From assembly GCA_021159125.1 (NCBI GenBank), contig JAGGSL010000140.1, positions 1 to 27,779 on the forward strand: 27,779 nucleotides of DNA, written 5' to 3'. Below, one piece after another: positions 24,808 to 27,779 of this stretch; within the stretch, counting starts at the first letter, position 1; each line of letters starts with the position of its first letter. Source of the stretch: Thermoplasmata archaeon. GTDB taxonomy: Archaea > Thermoplasmatota > E2 > UBA202 > DSCA01. A program made the position numbers and the translations under genes. Below the pieces are notes generated by a model. The model worked only from the letters and a program-made list of their open reading frames with translations, ran no database searches and was not told where the DNA came from.

Positions 24808-25731
24808 TCACTTCTCTATCCGCTCGATTAGCGAAGCAATCATGAGCGGCAAAAGCACGGTGGCATCACCCTCTATCGTCACATATTTCGCCTTTTCTTT
24901 CAACTTTCCCCAGGAAATTCCTTCTCTTATTCTCGCCCCAGACAAAGAACCGTCCCATTCCGGAGATGAGGTTATGTAAACCGCACTGTCCAAGCCACCG
25001 CGAAACTGATTCCACCATATAAGGTGGTGCTTTGATATCCCTCCCCCGATTATCAGCGCCCCCATCTTTTCCTCATCGCTGAAGAATATGTCTGCCAGCT
25101 CTTTCTCATCTTTCAGCAGATCAATCTTGAATTTGTGCGACTGGGAGAACATCCATATCTGCGACCCCACGGCGCCGTCTGTAATGCCCGGCACGTACAC
25201 AGGTACATTGTTTTTCCATGCCCAGTAGAGTATAGAATCCTCGCCGAGATGCTTGCCTATTTGCTGGCATATCTCTCTTGTCCCCCATTCATCCTTTTCC
25301 TTTACCATATCCTCGAGAATTTCCTGCATTTTTTGTTCAATGATAACTCCATAGCTCTCGTTGGGCACGAGCACATTTCCCAGTCGGTTCACACCCCGTC
25401 TGTGAAGTTCAATATCATCCATGAGGAAAGAGCCATGGTAATAGTCTTTCCAGTTCCTCGCCATATCGTGATCGAGGGTGCCGCATGTGGTCATTATCAC
25501 ATCCACAATGCCCTGCTTCACCATTTCCTTTATCACTCCTCTTGTGCCTGTGGCAACTATACATGCAGGAAATGAAAGGCTTATTTTGTATCCCTCCTTT
25601 ACCATCTCTTCAAGTATGTTGACTCCTTCGCCAACTTTTTTTGCAGTAAAGCCGCCCGCATCGTACATCTGCCTAACAATTTCATCTGCACTCATATTTT
25701 TGTGCGGAGTAATGTCTCTAACAGGTATCAT
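24808..25731 (-). CDS. dys: Deoxyhypusine synthase
   Basis: GGFTAK, ACIVATGTRG, TTCGTLDHD, NRLGNV, PGITDGAVG, IGGGISKHH, WDGSLSGA...EGISWGK (catalytic Lys), EGDATV.LP. Confidence 0.95.
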   Translation of the reverse strand: MIPVRDITPHKNMSADEIVRQMYDAGGFTAKKVGEGVNILEEMVKEGYKISLSFPACIVATGTRGVIKEMVKQGIVDVIMTTCGTLDHDMARNWKDYYHGSFLMDDIELHRRGVNRLGNVLVPNESYGVIIEQKMQEILEDMVKEKDEWGTREICQQIGKHLGEDSILYWAWKNNVPVYVPGITDGAVGSQIWMFSQSHKFKIDLLKDEKELADIFFSDEEKMGALIIGGGISKHHLIWWNQFRGGLDSAVYITSSPEWDGSLSGARIREGISWGKLKEKAKYVTIEGDATVLLPLMIASLIERIEK

Positions 25732-25822
25732 AAAAACAAAAATAAAGAGGGGTATAAAAAGAATGGGTAGAGGGGGATTAGATTATATCCGGCTGGCTGC
25801 TGGCAGATGCCTGCTTAATCTC

Positions 25823-27463
25823 TTAGTACTCGGGCATTCCGCCGCCCATGCCGCCGCCTGCGCCGCCACCGCTACCGCCGCCGCTGCTTCCCTTCGCTGC
25901 TATGACATCGTCAATGCGCAGTATCATGACTGTTGTTTCAGTTGCAGACTTTATTGCCTGTGTTCCTACCCTCATCGGCTCAACGACATTCTTGCTTCTC
26001 ATGTCTCCTGGCTTTCCTGCGAATATGTCCACACCGTATGTCTTCTTTCCTTCCTTGTGGGCTTTCTTCAGTTCTATTAGCATGTCAATCGCATCTAGCC
26101 CTGCATTGGTTGCAAGCGTCTTTGGAATGACCTCTATTGCATCTGCAAATGCCTCAACAGCCATCTGCTCTCTGCCGCCCACGCTGCTTGCAAAGTCCCT
26201 CAGGGCGAGAGAAATCTCTGTTGCTGCCGAGCCGCCGCCTGTAGTTATCTTTCCGTCCTCGAGTGTCGCTGCCACCACAGACAGAGCATCATGCATTCCG
26301 CGCTCTATCTCGTCGACCACATGTTCTGTTCCGCCCCTTATGAGAATCGTTACTGCCTTTGCTTCCTTGCAGTTCGTGACAAACACCATCTCGTCATCGC
26401 CTATTTTCTTTTCCTCAACTTTGCCTGCATATCCAAGATCGCTGTCTTCCACTTCGTCAAGCTCTGACACTATTGAAGCGCCTGTTGCCCTTGCAAGCTT
26501 CTCCATGTCTGATTTCTTTACTCTTCGGACAGCAAATATCCCTGCCTTTGAGAGGTAATGCTGTGCAAGGTCGTCTATTCCCTTCTGGCAGAGCACAACG
26601 TTGGCACCTGACGCTTTTATTTTATCGACCATCTTGCGGAGCATCGCTTCTTCCTCATCAAGGAACTTCTGCAGCTGGGTCGGATCAGATATGCGTATCT
26701 GTGCATCAACCTCTGTTTTCTTTACCTCGAGAGCAGTGTTCAGAAGCATGATTTTTGCATCCTTTACGACTTTTGGCATTCCCGGATGGACTCTTTCCTT
26801 GTCAAGAACTATGCCTTCTATGAGTTCAGTATCTTCAACAGAACCTCCGTGTTTCTTCTCTATTTTTACGTTGTCAAGGTCAACTGTAATTTTTCCATTT
26901 TCTTCATCAGAGACGGCTTTTACAGCCCTGTATGCAATATCTGAAAGCAATTCCTTATTCGCAGCCGCAGCCTTGCCGGTCATGGATGTTGCTGCTATCT
27001 CTTTCAATACTTCGGCATCGTCAGGCTTCACATCCTCTGCAATGCTTTCCAGGATTTCGCATGCCTTCTTGCTTGCTATGCGGTATCCGTCTGCAATTAC
27101 TGTAGGATGAACATCCTGCTCTATGAGGTCGAGGGCTTTCTTGAGCAACTCTCCTGCAATTATCACTGCAGAAGTTGTCCCGTCCCCGCATTCCTCATCC
27201 TGGGTTTTTGCCACCTCTACAATCATTTTTGCTGCAGGATGCTCTATATCTATTTCTTTGAGAATCGTGACGCCGTCATTTGTGATAACCACGTCCCCCA
27301 TGCTGTCCACGAGCATCTTGTCCATTCCCTTTGGTCCGAGAGTTGAGCGTACGGCATCGGCTATCGCCATTGCAGCCCTTATGTTATTATGCTGTGCATC
27401 TCTTCCCTGTTCCCTTTCAGTTCCTTCTTTCAATATCAATATTGGTTGTTTTCCAGATAACAT
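25823..27463 (-). CDS. ths: Thermosome subunit (group II chaperonin)
   Basis: [40 protein letters not shown], helical protrusion [20 protein letters not shown], Gly/Met-rich tail. SD GGTGA. Alpha versus beta cannot be assigned. Confidence 0.98.
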   Translation of the reverse strand: MLSGKQPILILKEGTEREQGRDAQHNNIRAAMAIADAVRSTLGPKGMDKMLVDSMGDVVITNDGVTILKEIDIEHPAAKMIVEVAKTQDEECGDGTTSAVIIAGELLKKALDLIEQDVHPTVIADGYRIASKKACEILESIAEDVKPDDAEVLKEIAATSMTGKAAAANKELLSDIAYRAVKAVSDEENGKITVDLDNVKIEKKHGGSVEDTELIEGIVLDKERVHPGMPKVVKDAKIMLLNTALEVKKTEVDAQIRISDPTQLQKFLDEEEAMLRKMVDKIKASGANVVLCQKGIDDLAQHYLSKAGIFAVRRVKKSDMEKLARATGASIVSELDEVEDSDLGYAGKVEEKKIGDDEMVFVTNCKEAKAVTILIRGGTEHVVDEIERGMHDALSVVAATLEDGKITTGGGSAATEISLALRDFASSVGGREQMAVEAFADAIEVIPKTLATNAGLDAIDMLIELKKAHKEGKKTYGVDIFAGKPGDMRSKNVVEPMRVGTQAIKSATETTVMILRIDDVIAAKGSSGGGSGGGAGGGMGGGMPEY

Positions 27464-27506
27464 GTTACATCACCAAGAACGGTATAATAATTCTTCTATA
27501 TAAAAT

Positions 27507-27671
27507 TTACTCTGCAATGACGTCCTGGGAGCCATTCTTATATGCCAGATAGCAGTTATCACATAGATAGGCGCCTATACTTTCCACAAAATGGGCATGC
27601 TCCTTGCATATATCCTGATAGCAGTGATTGCATTTTGTAACGCTTTTTGCTCCACATATGTAGCAGCCCAT
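27507..27671 (-). CDS. Small zinc-finger protein, 54 aa (MGCYICGAKSVTKCNHCYQDICKEHAHFVESIGAYLCDNCYLAYKNGSQDVIAE); absent from ORF track
   Basis: Manual translation: C-x2-C-x7-C-x2-C-x4-C-x2-H-x11-C-x2-C. GTGAGA upstream and TTTAAA about 26-31 nt upstream. Alternative ATG at 27683. Confidence 0.8.
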   Translation of the reverse strand: MGCYICGAKSVTKCNHCYQDICKEHAHFVESIGAYLCDNCYLAYKNGSQDVIAE

Positions 27672-27779
27672 ATTCTCACGCATATAATACGGAGCGATTT
27701 AAATACATTTGCAGGCAACATAATTTCTGTTGTTCTATCAAAACAATTTTGTCCTTATAGGACAATATTTATATATTCC

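Noticed and set aside
25842-25890. GCC-rich microsatellite-like run
   Set aside because: Encodes the ordinary Gly/Met-rich C-terminal tail of the thermosome.
27470-27506. Heat-shock repressor site in the thermosome promoter (AGAA-N11-TTCT)
   Set aside because: Too short, and it does not match the archaeal heat-shock operators I can recall with confidence.

Overview
Gene-dense archaeal chromosomal segment. Thermosome, aIF-5A, deoxyhypusine synthase, aTrm56, Pop5, GGTGA Shine-Dalgarno sites and TATA boxes point to an archaeon. The Trm56-HD fusion and the many secreted/surface proteins suggest a Thermoplasmata lineage (inference, no database search). Housekeeping and metabolic genes: proS, rnp2, thiC, rpiA, an aldehyde:ferredoxin oxidoreductase with Fe-S partner, polyprenyl synthase, trm56-pdxT, aIF-5A, an HDAC-family hydrolase, hycI-like protease, MoaD/ThiF, cyclophilin, DUF763, dys and thermosome. 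Accessory genes: a 935-aa secreted transglutaminase-like protein, a two-gene DxDGDG/DUF4405-like locus and two C-terminally anchored surface proteins. No rRNA, tRNA, CRISPR array or mobile element was found. Most notable: (1) a canonical bacterial-type QueF in an archaeon; (2) an SHMT-like enzyme lacking folate-binding elements, apparently co-transcribed with a Cys-less ThiF and a MoaD/SAMP; (3) a long-chain-type prenyl synthase abutting a short His-substituted MenA/UbiA-like protein; (4) two helically phased direct-repeat arrays (11-bp and 21-bp period) upstream of promoters; (5) two small ORFs missed by the ORF track and a possible ATA start codon. All family assignments come from motif recognition by eye.
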